Assembly: GCF_004010195.1 (NCBI RefSeq)
Contig: NC_057718.1
Coordinates: 101,280,629 to 101,344,628, forward strand
DNA from: Chiloscyllium plagiosum
Lineage: Eukaryota
Direction: 5' to 3'
Length of the DNA stretch: 64,000 nt
Shown: positions 37,353 through 51,056 of the stretch, piece by piece
How the letters are laid out: each line of letters begins with the position of its first letter
How positions within the stretch are numbered: the stretch's first letter is position 1
Position numbers and translations under genes: made by a program
Notes under the pieces: model-generated
The model's database searches: none
What the model was told of the DNA's origin: nothing
What the model saw: the letters and a program-made list of their open reading frames with translations, nothing else

Positions 37353-39062
37353 TCAAGACCAGAAGACACAGGGGCAGAGGTTGAACAAATGTCCTGACCA
37401 CAGGCCTTTCTGGGCTGTCTCACAGCAGCACCTCTGTCTTGTAAGATCTCGGGGCGGTAATGGGAGTGCGGATTTTTCTGCAGCAGCAAATATTGCATAA
37501 CGGGCTGTAGAATGATCACATTGTTAGTTTTGACTGTGCAGAATTTCTTCATTTTCCTTCTCACCCCCTAATTTAAAACGACGTTGAGTATTGATGTTAC
37601 AGTTGTACAGATTGATGGGAGATGCCCCATACATTGTGTAATAGCTGCAGTGAAGTTGAACACGAGCAATTTTCTTGAATAATGCATTCCAGGATTGTTT
37701 CAGACACATATTCTACCTCATACTCAAATTAATTGTGGCATGCATTATTCACCGGTGGTGCAAATTCTCTCTTTTATTATCACTTAATCTCCGGTACTGA
37801 ATCATATATGACATTTTGCCTGTTAAATCCATGGATCTTTTACCCTTTTGCATCTCGAACTTAAAAGAAAGCCACACAAATGTGGGTATTATGTTTGAGA
37901 TGAACACCCCAGTATTAACTGGCAGCCAAATCAATAATGAGAACAGTGTTGAGTATTTTTTTGATACAAATCTGTTGTTATAGATGCAATCTTTTTCCTC
38001 AGCCCGGTTTCTATAACCTTGCGGAGGCTCATTCACACTGGGTTTGCAAACAACAGTGAAGAGACTTCTGAATGCGTAGCATCAGTTATTGTTTCAATCT
38101 GCTGTCTACAAGCTTTCTTTCTACTTAGGATCATGAATCTCTTGAGACCTTGAGGCACCTGAGTGTGTTGATGGCAGGATGGTGGAGTCAGAGTTTGTGC
38201 TTTCTGCAATCTGCTGTAATCAGAAAGTCGTGTTTATCACATTATTCTAAATGAGCCTACGCCTCCAATCCTGATGAATCACTGCACATCGGACATCATA
38301 TTGATTATGCAGGGGCAGTAACAAACACTTTTGCATTAAGACAAATGTTAGTGAGTGTAGAATTTTTTGGGATGTTATCATTTTTCTGTGTTATACTAGT
38401 TATGTATTTTGAAAACTATTTTTTGTCAGATATCCAGTGCAGTAAAAGGCCTAACTAATCCATGATGATGTTTATGTTCTCATTGAGCTTCCGTCATCAA
38501 AATGTACCATCAGAAACGTCTGTGCCTTCTTCCCTCATCTACTTATCTGGCATCCACTCAGACGCCTCGCTGCTGTTCCCCTCAACCACAACTACTGGAG
38601 TAGTAAGCTCCACAATCTCCTCACTCTCTGAGTAAAGGCATTTCTTCAGAATTCCCTCTTGCAATTCTTTATTGACAACCTTATCCTGATGGCCTTTGGA
38701 TGTTGTCTTCCCCACAAGAGGAAACATTCCCACTGCATCCTGTCAATCAAATCTTTTCATCATTGGGACATCTGTCCCCAGCCTCATTTTTTCAAGAGGA
38801 AACAGATTCTGTTTGTCACTCCTTTCCTTCTCATTACTGTGCAAGTCCTCTTCACAGCCTCTCTACTGTCTCTGTATCCTTTTTATAATATGGTTTGTAT
38901 GCCTTCCGCCGTTTCACACTTGCAGCACTTTGAAGGATTTTGGATGTGAAGAGCGTACATTAGTCATTGTCTCGTCTTTGGGTTTTTGTGGCCTATCCTG
39001 CTGCAGGTTGCCTGAGCTGGTTATCAGGAAGCAGTGGATATGTTCAGGCATCATTCCCTGAA

Positions 39063-39282
39063 CAGCATCCCATCCAGAATCACTCCCCTACCTTATCCCT
39101 GTAACCCTGCATTTTTCATGGCTAACCCACCTAACCTGCACATCCCTGGGCAATTCAGTACGGCCAATCCACACTAACCTGCACATCTTTGGAATGTGGG
39201 AGGAAACCAGGGGTAACCCATGCAGACACGGGGAGAATGTGCAAACTCCCCTAGCACTGTGAGGCAGCAGTGTTAGCCACCC
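39063..39282 (-). mobile_element. HE1-type SINE, partial
   Basis: cctgcacatctttgg...ggggagaatgtgcaaactcc. Confidence 0.8.
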
Positions 39283-40478
39283 GAATGATGTACCATTGAT
39301 TATAGATCCATTATCATTAGATGGCATAGACTTCTCTTGGTCCAACCTGAAGGTCCCAGACCCATTTCCCATTATTGAGATTGCATTGCTGTTATAATCT
39401 TCCCCACAGCTTTTGTGGACAGAGTTTCAATCAGCTAATTGCATTGTGGAGGCTGTAGTCACACATGCACATCCTCCTCTCCATATTACACTGCCTCACA
39501 GCTCAGAATCTACTTATGTTTTAAATGATTAAAAATGTTTCTTGATCGGGGCTTCCCAGAGTCAGCGGGTAGTGGTTGGAACCACGGGCAGGAGTCGCAG
39601 ATTGAAATTTTGGAGGATCGAAGGCAGCAGTATCCAACACCCCTCCTCCCATTCTCCTCCCTCTCCTAAGAGGTAGTGACCGTCTTGAAACCTCGAAATA
39701 CTATCCCATTGGGGGTTCTGCTCCAATTGCTTTGAACAGGGAAATCGCCGCAAAACCTGGACTACAATAATCACTGCAAAAACATAACTGAGACAGTTTG
39801 TTAACCCCTTGCTGTTGTTAAGACCCTCCTGCGCTCGAATTGGCTGCTGCATGTTGAAGCAACATTTCAAAAGTGGCTGTAATACACATCTGGAGATCCA
39901 GAGGTCGGATGGCTTTGCTCACACTGGTTTGAATTGTGAGCGTTCTGTGTCGTTTGTTGTAATCTGCAGCATTGTCAGAGGATAACTGTTCCTGAAATGA
40001 AGGAAGCTTTAACAAAATAAACAACTCTGAATTATTATCACTAAAGAATGTGTTCTTTCTCTTTAAACCCTGAAAATAACCCCAATTAGGTTTTGGAGAT
40101 TCGGTTTTGGCATTGCAGTGTTTCCGTAATTAGAATGTTTGTTCAGAACTGTGCACACATACAACATGATATAAAGAACAATTTGCAAGTTGCACTTTCT
40201 GCTATCCATCCTTTTGAGTGACAGGATGCAGGTGGGTGTGTTGAAGCTCTGGTACAGCAGTAATTAAAGAACTGTATTCTTACTGAAGGAAGTAGAGGCA
40301 TGACCTTAGTGGAAATCCAGCAAAAGTTCACCAGACTGACAGAAAACAAAGAGCTGGAAATCTGAAACAGAAACTGCTGGAGAAACACAACAAGTCTAGC
40401 AGCATCTGTGGTGGGAGAAACAGAGCCAATGTTTTTGAGTCCGGTGACCCTTCTACAGAACATCCTGAAGAACATCCT

Positions 40479-40797
40479 GGGCGGCACGGTGGCACAGTGG
40501 TTAGCACTGCTGCCTCACAGCGCCAGAGACCCGGGTTCAATTCCAGCCTCAGGCGACTGACTGTGTGGAGTTTGCACGTTCTCCCCGTGTCTGCGTGGGT
40601 TTCCTCCGGGTGCTCCGGTTTCCTCCCACAGTCACAAAGATGTGCGGGTCAGGTGAATTGGCCATGCTAAATTACCCGTAGTGTTAGGTTAAAGGGGTAA
40701 ATGTAGGGGTATGGGTGGGTTGCGCTTCGGCGGGTCGGTGTGGACTTGTTGGGCCGAAGGGCCTGTTTCCACACTGTAAATAATCTAATCTAATCTA
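40479..40797 (+). mobile_element. HE1-type SINE, young and full-length
   Basis: A box tggcacagtgg and B box ggttcaattcc; CpGs retained; (atcta)n tail; near-identical to 49819-50135. Confidence 0.93.
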
Positions 40798-41601
40798 AAG
40801 TGGTGTTTGTGGGTACAGTTGCAATGTTTAAACGACATTTAGATGATTACATGAATAAGAAACGTTTGGAGGAAGATGAGCCAGGCACAGGCAGGTGTGG
40901 CGACTTTAGTTTGGGATTATGGTTGGACTGAAGGGTCTGTTTCTGTCCTTTATCACTCTATGACTCGAAACATTAACTCTGTTTTCTCCCCCACAGGTGA
41001 TGCCAGACCTGCTGAGTTTCTCCAGCAATTTCTGTTCCTGTCTCTCAGACTGATTCTTGGTGTGAGTGGAATGAGGGGTGACTGTGTGGAGTAGATCTCT
41101 GACTCCAAAGTTCAGAAGAATGGGAGGTTAATTTATCGAAATTGATAAAATCCTTCAGATTTTAAGGTTCTAAAGAAGTGCTGCTTCGGCTGGAGAGGGC
41201 TAGGATGAGGGCTAACGGTTACAGGTTCAGAATTAGAGGTCAAGCCAAGTACTACTGAGATGCTGAGAAATATTCCCACACAAAGTGTTGTACAGTAAAT
41301 CTTTGAAATGCTTTATCCCAAAGACCTCTGGATGCTCATGTTCTAAATGTAGTTAGCTACTTTGACTCTGAGGGAATTAACAGATTTTTGGTCAGGGTGA
41401 GAGATTTGATTTGCAGTAAAATATCAGCCAAGATCTGATGCCGGTGTTGGACTGGGGTGGACAAGGTCAGAAGTCACATAACACCAGGTTATAGTCCGAC
41501 AGGTTTTGATGAAATCACAAACTTTCTGAGCAGTGACTGGACAAAGGAACAATGCTCCAAGAGCTTGTGCTTTCATGTAAACCTGTTGGGCTATTACCTA
41601 G

Positions 41602-42239
41602 TGTTATGGATGAAGCCAGGCCACTCAGAACATTCTTGAGCAGGTAGCCCAGACCATAACTTTGCAATTTGTTTCGGTAAGTGTACAGCGAAAATTACCT
41701 GGAGTAAGTTAGCTAGGCTGACTATCACATTTAAAACAGACAAAAACATTTATTCACAAAATTACACAATGGAACACAAAGAACAGAATAAAGAACTCCT
41801 ACAGAACTCAGTCTCTCCAAACTAGACTTAAGTATGTTGTTCCGAATATACACAACAGTCCCAATAAGCAAACCCCCTTTAAAACACAGGACAAAAAAGG
41901 GTCAAGTGCTTACAGGTTGAAGTTAGAAGGGCAGAAAAGAGAGTTTCCACACAGCTCAGTGTTGAACTCCCAACCAGTCCTGGACTGAATTAAACTGCTC
42001 AGCTAGAGAGCTTACCGCTCCCCTTTCATTCTACAGGCCACTTTTAAAACATGACCACTTTGGCCTGAAGTCTCATCTGCTTACATATAAACAAAAGGCC
42101 TCTCAAAATCCTTTCCATCTCTGTACCAGACCAGACTGATCGGAGCCCGGGCTTGTTTATTACCCGAAAAAAAATCAAGTACAGAGTATCTTCGAGCCAA
42201 GGGACAGCTTTTAGAAAAAAAAGGACTAGCTTTGTGACA
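41602..42239 (-). mobile_element. Probable solo LTR inserted in a PLE family C element (41437-42260)
   Basis: TGTTA...TGACA termini; 4-bp flanks ctag/gtag; host sequence continues across the insertion (ctattacc|tagtgtcgtgtgactt); TATA-like and AATAAA signals on the minus strand. Confidence 0.75.
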
Positions 42240-44282
42240 GTAGTGTCGTGTGACTTGTGATTAAGATCTTACTGGCCAGTCGAGCCAGCTCAAAGGGCTT
42301 ACTCTATCTAGTTCCTTTTTCTCGTGTTCTCAATCGAACATTTAAGTCAGAGTCGATTTCACAAAATAGGTTTGAGCTACGTACATTAGGCAGTAATGGT
42401 GAGGCAAAATTAAACCAAACGAACACTGAAGGTCCAAGTGGATTGCGGACTGCTATTGATTTAATGTTCTGCGTGAAAAATAATTGGGAATCTATGGCAT
42501 TGATCGCAAGGAAATTATTGCAATTGTATAATAGCTTTACAATCTCAAACTTAATCAAATGAATAAAATCTCTCATTTGTCAACCCATTACTGGAATTCA
42601 ATCCAGTAGTTTGGATTCTACAAGGAATACTGTCTAAACTTACTTCCTGGAATGCTGTGCACAATGTAATTGCCCACAATTGGCCTTCAACGTATTGAGA
42701 TCAGCTGTTGCTAAGAGAGACAGTAATCCCTGCGTCAGCTGCTTTGTGTGTGAATAGCCTCGAAGCAGGGGTATATTTTTTCTGTTCTAATGTTTTCTTC
42801 AATCATGCTGAAGAATTTAATGGGGTACGTGGGTGGCATGGGGGATTTTATTGTTAGATTTGCATTTATTTTCATTCCATCGTGGGGTGAAGCTTCACTA
42901 GCAAGGCCAGCGTTTCTTTCTGTCCATCCTTAATTGCTCATATTTTTCATGTCTTTAGACTTACCTTGACTTCAAGGGCAGACAGGATTGAAAAATTTCA
43001 CTAGGAAGACAGCCGACTGAGCCTGGTATTCTGAATTCCATCTGAAAGTAATGTGAACTCCCACGGGGGTCACTGCTTTCTTTTACTTTATCACTGCGTA
43101 GTCCTTTATTTCAGTGTAATACAAAGAGAAAACCATTTTACTAGGGCTTGTTAGGTGGAGTAGGAGAGGTTGAAGGGAATTCGAGTTCTTATTGCAGATT
43201 CAAAGTTTAATTAGAAGTCTTCTTTGCCTAACTTGAAACAGGAAATTCTGATGTCTCATGAGAGGAGCCTAGGTTTAACAAAGGGCGAAATTAAAATTGG
43301 GACGTATTGCATGGGATTAGCGCAACCTGAAATATCCTGGATTTTGTCACATCGAAGGAATGTGGTAATTCATAAAAATATAACATTTATTTATCAGAGC
43401 CAGGGAGGTTGTTCTATGGTAATTATGAAGTTAGTTCATCACAATAAGCCCAGTGACACTTCCTTCAACAAAGCTTTTACTAGCATTTGTATGGGGAGAC
43501 TGATGGAGTGCAAATGGAACTTGCTGTCAATTACAAAGGTTGATTGCTGTGTGTGGGAGATTAATACCACACCCGGAGGCAAATGTTGCCAGCAGTTTAA
43601 GACCATAGGTCATAGGGTGCAGAAGCAGACCATTCAGCCCATTGAGTCTGCTCTGCCATTCAATGAGATTGTGGCTGACTTGAGAATCCTCTCCTCCACT
43701 TTCCCGCCCTTTTCCCTATCACTCTTGATTCCCTTCCTGATTGAAAATGTGTCCATCTCAGCCTTGAATATACTCAGTACCCAGCCTCGACAGTTGTCTG
43801 TGGTAAAGTATTCCACAGATGTGAAAATTTTGGGTTTGACTTTTACCCAGATTTGGATTTTGCTCAGGTGCTTCTGGCAGTGGATGCTAATGTCCATGGA
43901 TGTGGGATATGTGTGGAAAATACTCATGAAGCCCTCCTGTCTCTAGCATGGAGATCCTTTAAAGTTAGTGCCAAGTTAAAATTTCCAGAGTTCGGCCCAG
44001 ACTTTCATGTCAATAATTCTTAGCATCAGAGTTTGTTCAGCTCCCTTGATTAGATGAGAAGCTGCATATTAGTGAGGCAAGACATACTGTTAATAAGGAA
44101 AGTTAACAAACAAAATGCTCCCTTTATTGACAACTCATCGTCACCTAGCAAGAAACTTGCCTCAGTACAGTGTTGATGACAGCACAAAAGTACCACTTGA
44201 CAAAGGAGGAGTGCTCCAAAAGCTTGTGATTTCAAATAAATCTGTTGAACTATAACTGATGTCATGTGACTTCTGACCTAGC

Positions 44283-45238
44283 ATAAAATTCTAACAAGAT
44301 ATTGATAGATTCGGTGAATGGGCAAAGCTGTGGCAGGTGGATATTAATCACAATCAGAGTGGTGCTGGAAAAGCACAGCAAGTCAGGCAGCATCCGAGGA
44401 GCAAGAAAATCGATGTTTCGGGCAAAATCCCTTCAGGATGGATTTTAACACAATTGCGAGGTTGTCTACTTCAGATTGAGAAAGGATAGATCAGAGTATT
44501 GTTTTAGAAGCCACAAATTAAATACAGTGGATGTCCAGTGAGATTTGGAGGTACAGGTGAATTGCTCTTTAAATAGCCACAAACAGATGTGGAAAACAGT
44601 CAAAGCAGCTAATGGAATGTGGGCCTTCATATCTAGAGCGCTGGGGTATAGGGATACAGACATTATGCTGCAGTTACACAAAACCCTAGTTAGAGCCCAC
44701 CTCGAGTACTGTGAGCAGATCAGGACACCACATCTTAGAGAGGATGATTTGACCCTGGAGGGAGTACAACACAAGTTTATAAGGATGAAACCAGGACTTC
44801 AGGAGTTAGGTTATGAGGAGAGATGAGACAAATTAGGCTGTTATTGTCTAAAATTTAGAAGGTTAAGGGGGTGATCTAATCGAAGTCATCAACATATTAA
44901 CAGGGAAAGACAGGCTAGATAAAGATAAGCTATTTCCACTGGTTGAAGATTCTAGAACTGGGGGCATAGTGTGAGAATTAGGGCAGGCCATTCAGGAGAG
45001 CTGTTAGAAAGCACTTCTACACACAACGAGTAGTGGAAGTTGGGAACATTCCTCCTCAAATGGTGGCCAATGCTAATTTAGTTGTTAAATTTAAATCTGA
45101 GACAAACTTTTATTAAACAGGAGTATCAAGGAACATGGACTCAAGGCAGATGTCTGGAGATAGGCCACAGATCAGCCATGATCTTATTGAATGGCGGAGC
45201 AGGGGTGAGGGGCTGAATGGCCTCCTCCTGTTCCTTTG
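44283..45238 (+). mobile_element. Older CR1 LINE fragment with a PLE insertion at about 44354-44437
   Basis: ORF 44545..44826 VKAANGMWAFISRALGY...LVRAHLEYCEQ. Confidence 0.85.
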
Positions 45239-45265
45239 CTTAAAATGCAGTGGGTTGCTCCTGAT

Positions 45266-45704
45266 TTTGGATGTAGGTTTGCTCGCTGAGTTGGAAGGTT
45301 CATTTCCTGATGTTTCGTTACCTTACTAGGTAACATCTTCAGTGGGCCTCATGCGAAGCAATGCTGGAAATTCCTGCTTTCTATTTATATGTGTGGGTTT
45401 CTTTGGGTTGGTAATGTTATTTCCTGTGGTGAAATCACTTCCTGTTCCTTTTCTCAGGGCGTGGTAGATGGGGTCTAACTCAATGTGTTTGTTGACAGAG
45501 TTCCAGTTGGAATGCCATGCTTCTAGGAATTCTCGTGTGTGTGTCTTTGTTTGGCAGGAACTTTCAGCATTGCTTCGCCTGAGGCCCACTGAAGATGTTA
45601 CCTAGTAGGGTGACAAAACATCTGGAAATGAACCTTCCAGCTCCCTGAGCAAAACTACATCCAAAACCACAACCTGAGGAACAAATCTTCTCAAAACTCG
45701 CTCA
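45266..45704. mobile_element. Penelope-like element, family E, with inverted arms and endonuclease C-terminus
   Basis: 12-bp TSD gttgctcctgat at 45254-45265 and 45705-45716; minus ORF REFLEAWHSNWNSVNKHIELDPIY resembles the C-terminus of PLE GIY-YIG proteins. Confidence 0.88.
45309..45342 (-). ncRNA. Hammerhead motif, family E
   Basis: Minus strand CTGAAGA-T-GTTACC-TAGTAA-GGTAAC-GAAAC-ATC; the mirror copy at 45589-45622 has G12 mutated. Confidence 0.7.
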
Positions 45705-47654
45705 GTTGCTCCTGATGTTGAGACAGTCCATACTGTGTTTCATGTCCAATTCTGCTGCAAATCTCACCATAAACCCTCTGGCTTAGGCCACTTTATGATT
45801 CCAGCCACAGTTCTGACACAGAAGTGTAACACTGTTGAACCGGTGATAGACTGTTAGGGAAAACAGCAGAATCTCTGAAAGATTGTTTTATCACTCATAA
45901 AATGTCTGGAAATAAAACCTTTTGGCAAAATGTCAAACGTGGACATTTGAATATAACAAGAAAAATTGCTCTTAATTTCCACTGGGACATTAGTGTTTTT
46001 TATAGTCCAGAGAAGCAGTTCCATAAAGTGAAACGTTTATTCTTTAGGAAATCATACGTTTAAGCAATGTTAGCAATAAACATTCCTCTGTCCACGAAAT
46101 TTAATTTTTTAGAAAACCGCCCTCTCATCTGTTTTGGTGGTTTTTGAGTCCAAGGGAATCAGTGTCACATTCTGATTCCCTTGTGACACCAGAGGAACCA
46201 GAGGAACGTCACTGATCATTGTGGAACGATAGTCTTCATTTCTTTGAAGGAGTTTTGCCAGGCCTCATGTCAAACATCACCGTGTTTACTTGACTAACAC
46301 AAATGCAGAAAGAAAGCACTAAATGTGATTGACTGGGACACATGCTAATGCTTGACGTTTTCAATGTCAGCCCAACTCCCAGTCTAAACACTAAACATGA
46401 GACCAATATATTCCTGTGTGGTTTGCGTTGTACAATGTAATACGTGCTCCTGGTGTGGAACATGCACCTTGTCAGCATGCAGCAGGACCTCCCAATGGGC
46501 AAAGGAGAGGGAATTCACCCTGCTGTATGTCAATTCAGTGCATGAAAGGAGCAGTGTTCGACACATTAAATTTAACCTTTGCTCCCTATCTTTGAAGCTT
46601 CTCCTCTATCGTGTTACATCTCTAGAAACTGCCTATGAAGGGTTAAAAAAAAAGTCACTGACTGTTTCTTAAACTCTGTGTGAAGTTAAAATCGTGTTTA
46701 ATACGTCTGCGGTGTGTTGAAATGTCCTGTGGTCATGTGGAAATATAAAAATGTATATATTACAGGAAAAATAATCTGCAGTTTGCTGATTAATGTATAC
46801 TATGCCCCTTAAGCAGTGGGATTAATTATCCTGTGAATCTTGTGAGCTGTGGGAAAACTCAATGTTTAATGCTTTCTTTTTTTTTTGGAAAATGGCTCTG
46901 TGGTTCGTGATGCAGAATGATGCTAATAGTGTGGGTTCAATTCTAGCACTGGCTGAGGCCACCATAAAAGTCTCTTCTCTACTTCTTCCTGAGGTGTGGT
47001 GACCCTCAGATTAAACCAGCACCCATTGTCTCTCTGTAATGAGAGATGAGCCTTGCAGTCCAGTGGGGCTAGGGCGACTTTACCTTTACTGCTAGATATA
47101 TGATGATAGCTATCCAATCAGGGCAATTCTAGGTACTTTACCTCCATGTGAAAGCCACAGAGATCACCCTGCCCAAATTTTCAATGTGAAAATCCCAAAA
47201 ATAAAGGATTGCAGATGCTGAAAAGCTGAAGTAAAATGCAGAAGTGCTGGAGAAACTCAGCAGGTCTGACAGCATCCTCGAGAAAGAAACAGAGTTAACG
47301 TTTCGAGTCTGGTGTGATCCTTGTATGACTCCTCTTTATCTCAGGCTCAAAACTCTGCTTTTCTTTCCACGGGAGCTGCCAGACCTGCTGAGTTTCTCCA
47401 GCCACTTTTGCAGCCATCTTGAAAATGTTCCTGAGCAGCCCTTGTAAATCAGTTAATGGTTTGTAGCCTTGGCACCTCCACTGAGATCCAGACTGTCAAC
47501 AAATGCTATCAGCAGGATCACTGGAAACAAGCTTGTCTCTCTGGTTAGAAGTCTCCCAGTGGGGTCTCTGCTAGGGGGACATATATGCAATGTGCGAATT
47601 AAGATCTCAGAGTGTTCAAAACTCCAAATAAGGTTATTTTTTTAAAAAAATCTT

Positions 47655-48240
47655 TCATGTGATCTGTTTGCCATTGGCTGGCCCAGCATTTATTACCCAT
47701 CTCTAGTCATAAAGATCTATAGAATGGAAATAGGCCCTTCGGCCCAACCTACCGATGCCACCCAGTTTTCACAATTAAACTAGCCCCATTTGCCTGAATT
47801 TGGTCCATAACCCTCCATCCCTACCCCATCCATGTACCTGTCCAAATGTTTCTTAAATGATAAAATTGTACATGCCTCCACCACTGTCTCTGGCAGCCCG
47901 TTCCAGACACTCACCACACTCTGCGTGAAAACATTGCCCCTTTCATATTTCTCCCCTCTCACCTTAAACTGCCCTTGAGAAGGTGAGGGTGAGCTCCCTG
48001 TTGGAACTGCTGCAGTCCATGTGCTGTAGGTAGACCCACAATGCCTTGATAGGTAGTTCCAGGGTTGTGACCCAGCGACAGTGAAGGAACGGTGATATAT
48101 TTCAAAGTCAGGGTGGTGAGTGGCTTGGACGGGGTGGTGTTCCCATGTAGCTGCTGTCCTTGTCCTTCTAGATGGCCATGGTCCTGGGTTTGGAAGGTGC
48201 TGTCTGAGGATCTTTGATGAATATCTGCAGTGCATCTTGT
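47655..48240 (-). mobile_element. Old CR1/L2-clade LINE 3' end interrupted by a younger CR1 fragment (about 47705-47966)
   Basis: RSFTVAGSQPWNYL motif; FTQSVVSVWNGLPETVV in the insert; related tails at about 8140-8220, 25835-25965, 29025-29250 and 58905-59020. Confidence 0.7.
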
Positions 48241-49658
48241 GCGTGGTACCAGTGATCAGGGCTTGTGTCTTGTATTGATGCTGAGCATGTCACAAAAGAC
48301 ACGGTGCAAAGTTTCCTGTTCTGCTGCTGACAACAGAAACAACCCACCTGCATTTATATAGCAATTTTAACATGGTGAAATATCCCAAAGACTTCACTGA
48401 GGCAGGAATCAAGCAAGATTTGACACCAAGCCACCTCAGGGAAAGTGAGCAAAGATCTATTCAAGGAGACAGACATTATGGAAAGAGGGAGGAAGTGATT
48501 TCAATCGCAATTCCTATTGTTGAGGCAGCTGAAGACATAGTCAACAATGTGGCATAATTAAAATTGGAAATGTTCAGAATTGGTGGCTGTAGAGATCTTG
48601 GCATATTGTAGGACTGGAGTAGATTACAGAGAGAGGTGAAGGCAGTTGAGAAGATGATTGAGGAGCCTGTGAGAAGGGATGAGGATTTTAAAAAGGAGGC
48701 GTTGATGGGCAGGCAGCCAATGTAGGTCAATAAGCGCAGGCGCCATGAGATCCATCTCTGCCATTGAGCTAAACAAACTGGGTCACATCCACCTCTCTCT
48801 GTGGTGAACTGTTCTATTTCTCTGGGCTTTGTTGTACCAAGTGGCCCAGGCATGAACTTGGGAATCTCATTCTGTCTTCTCTTTCTGAGTTAAAAGCTGC
48901 TATCCAGCGGGGACTGCTCAGTGTGGCTGCGTGACAGCTGAGGGACCAATGGTAAAATGTAGCTTTGTAAATGCCTGTGACATTATAGTGTCACCTCCAC
49001 CAAGTAACTTTGAACAAATTATTCCGGCAAGACAGAAGAGTTTCCCAATTTTTTTTTTATGGTGATCGGTGAAGGAAGTGGCATTTCTGCTCCCTACATA
49101 GACAGGGGTCAGCCATTCTCAACCGAAATCTCTCAAAAATAACGAATGGACATTTCTAATTAACCACGTATTAGTCCCTTATCTTGCTCTTGAGCAACAC
49201 CTAGAGGGAGGAATTCAGAGCGACATTAAAACTGCACGTTCATTGTGTAGTGCCTCTGAATAACTGTTATCTTTTGACTTGAAATGCATTTCCAACTTAG
49301 CATTATCCCATTAGAAATGTAAATTTTTGCACGTGTTTACTTTGCTGAACTACCTCAGGGATGTGAATATTGCCCTGAATTCAAAAGTAATGTAGTTGAG
49401 AAGAAAGATAAAAAATGCCGACAGTAGAATTGTTAGGTAATGTATGTTTCCAGGTAGTGAAGAGAGTAAAATGAATTGTTGTCTTCACTGTCGGAGAAAT
49501 GAGCAAGACTAATCATTGCAAGATCCAATTGGATTGTTGTCAGAGTTGATCTGGTTTAGTCATGTCCTTCAGGGAGAGCAATCTGCTGTCTCTACTTGAT
49601 CTCGTCTGCACATAACTCCAGACTTACAGCAATTGATGATTTTATTCCTGTAAGGCAT

Positions 49659-50282
49659 GGACGGCATGGTGGCTCAGTGGTTAGCACTGCTGGCTCACAG
49701 CACCAGGGACCTGGGTTCGATTCCAGCCTCAGGTGATTATCTGTGAGGAGGTCTCCCTCTGTCTCTGGTTTCCTCTCACAGCCTAAAGATGTGCAGGTTA
49801 GATGGGTCGGCCATGTTGTGGGCGGCACGGTGGCACAGTGGTTAGCACTGCTGCCTCACAGCGCCAGAGATCCGGGTTCAATTCCCGCCTCAGGCGACTG
49901 ACTGTGTGGAGTTTGCACATTCTCCCCCTGTCTGCGTGGGTTTCCTCCGGGTGCTCCGGTTTCCTCCCACAGTCCAGAGATGTGCAGGTTAGGTGAATTG
50001 GCCATGCTAAATTGTCCGTAGTGTTAGGTAAGGGGTAAATGTAGGGGTATGGGTGGGTTGCACTTCGGCGGGTCGGTGTTGACTTGTTGGGCCGAAGGGC
50101 CTGTTTCCATACTGTAAGTAATCTAATCTAATCTAACTTGTCTGTAGTGACCAGGGATGTGCAGGCTAGGTGGATTAGCTGTGGGAAATTAGAAGTTATG
50201 AGTCGGGGTGGGATGCTGTTTGGAGTGTTGGTGTGGACTCGATGGGCTGAATGGCCTGCTTTCCCAATGTAAGGATTCTATA
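49659..50282 (+). mobile_element. Older HE1 SINE with a young HE1 nested at 49819-50135
   Basis: Host head 49659-49818 and tail 50137-50282 flank a complete young copy. Confidence 0.9.
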
Positions 50283-50579
50283 ACTCTTAACTGCCTTTTG
50301 AAGTGACAATGTGAGTCAGTCATTAATTTCTAAAAGATCAGTGATGGATACTAAGTGCCAGTAGTCAGGAAAAAATTCAAAAAGAACCTAAGAGGTCAAT
50401 GGAAAATCTTCATTTTCCAGTGTGATGTTGTATATAACAGATAAGGACTATAGGTTTTAAGACTTTCACTGAGGCCTGTTAGAAGGTAAGAAATTGGATC
50501 AAGGTGAGGCCATTCAGCCTTTTGAACCTGCTCCATTATTCATTAAAGGCCAACCAGGGGGTAAACATCGTTCCTCTAA

Positions 50580-51056
50580 AGTCATAAAGATGCACAGTGC
50601 GGAAATAGACCCATCGGTCCAACTTATCCATGCTGACCAGATATCCTAAGTTAATCTAGTCCATATTTGGTCCATATCACTCTAAAACCTTCCAATTCAT
50701 ATACCCATCCAATGCCTTTTAAATGTTGGAATTGTACCAGCCTCCACCACTTCCTCTGGCAGCTCATTCCATATACGTACCACCCTCTGCGTGAAAAAGA
50801 TGCCCCTTAGGTCCCTTTTAAATCTTTCCCATTCACCTTAAACCTATGCAATCTAGTTTTGCACTCCCTATACCTTGGCAAAAGACCTTGTCTATTCACC
50901 CTATCCATGTTGTTACCTTGGGAAAAAAGACCTTACCTGTGCACCCAATCCATGCCCCTCATAATTTTGTAAACCTCTATAAGGTCATCCCTCAGCCTCC
51001 AACGCTCCAGGGAAAACAGTCCCAGCCTATTCAGCCTTACCTATAGCTCAAACCCT
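50580..51056 (-). mobile_element. CR1 LINE 3' fragment
   Basis: Matches 4463-4900; small internal tandem duplication at about 50870-50955. Confidence 0.88.

Noticed and set aside
40479..40552. HE1 heads as real tRNA genes
   Set aside because: They continue directly into SINE core and tail sequence
43224..43946. Longest ORF (240 aa)
   Set aside because: No recognisable domain, TTG start, and it runs through an antisense CR1-type tail (about 43600-43820)
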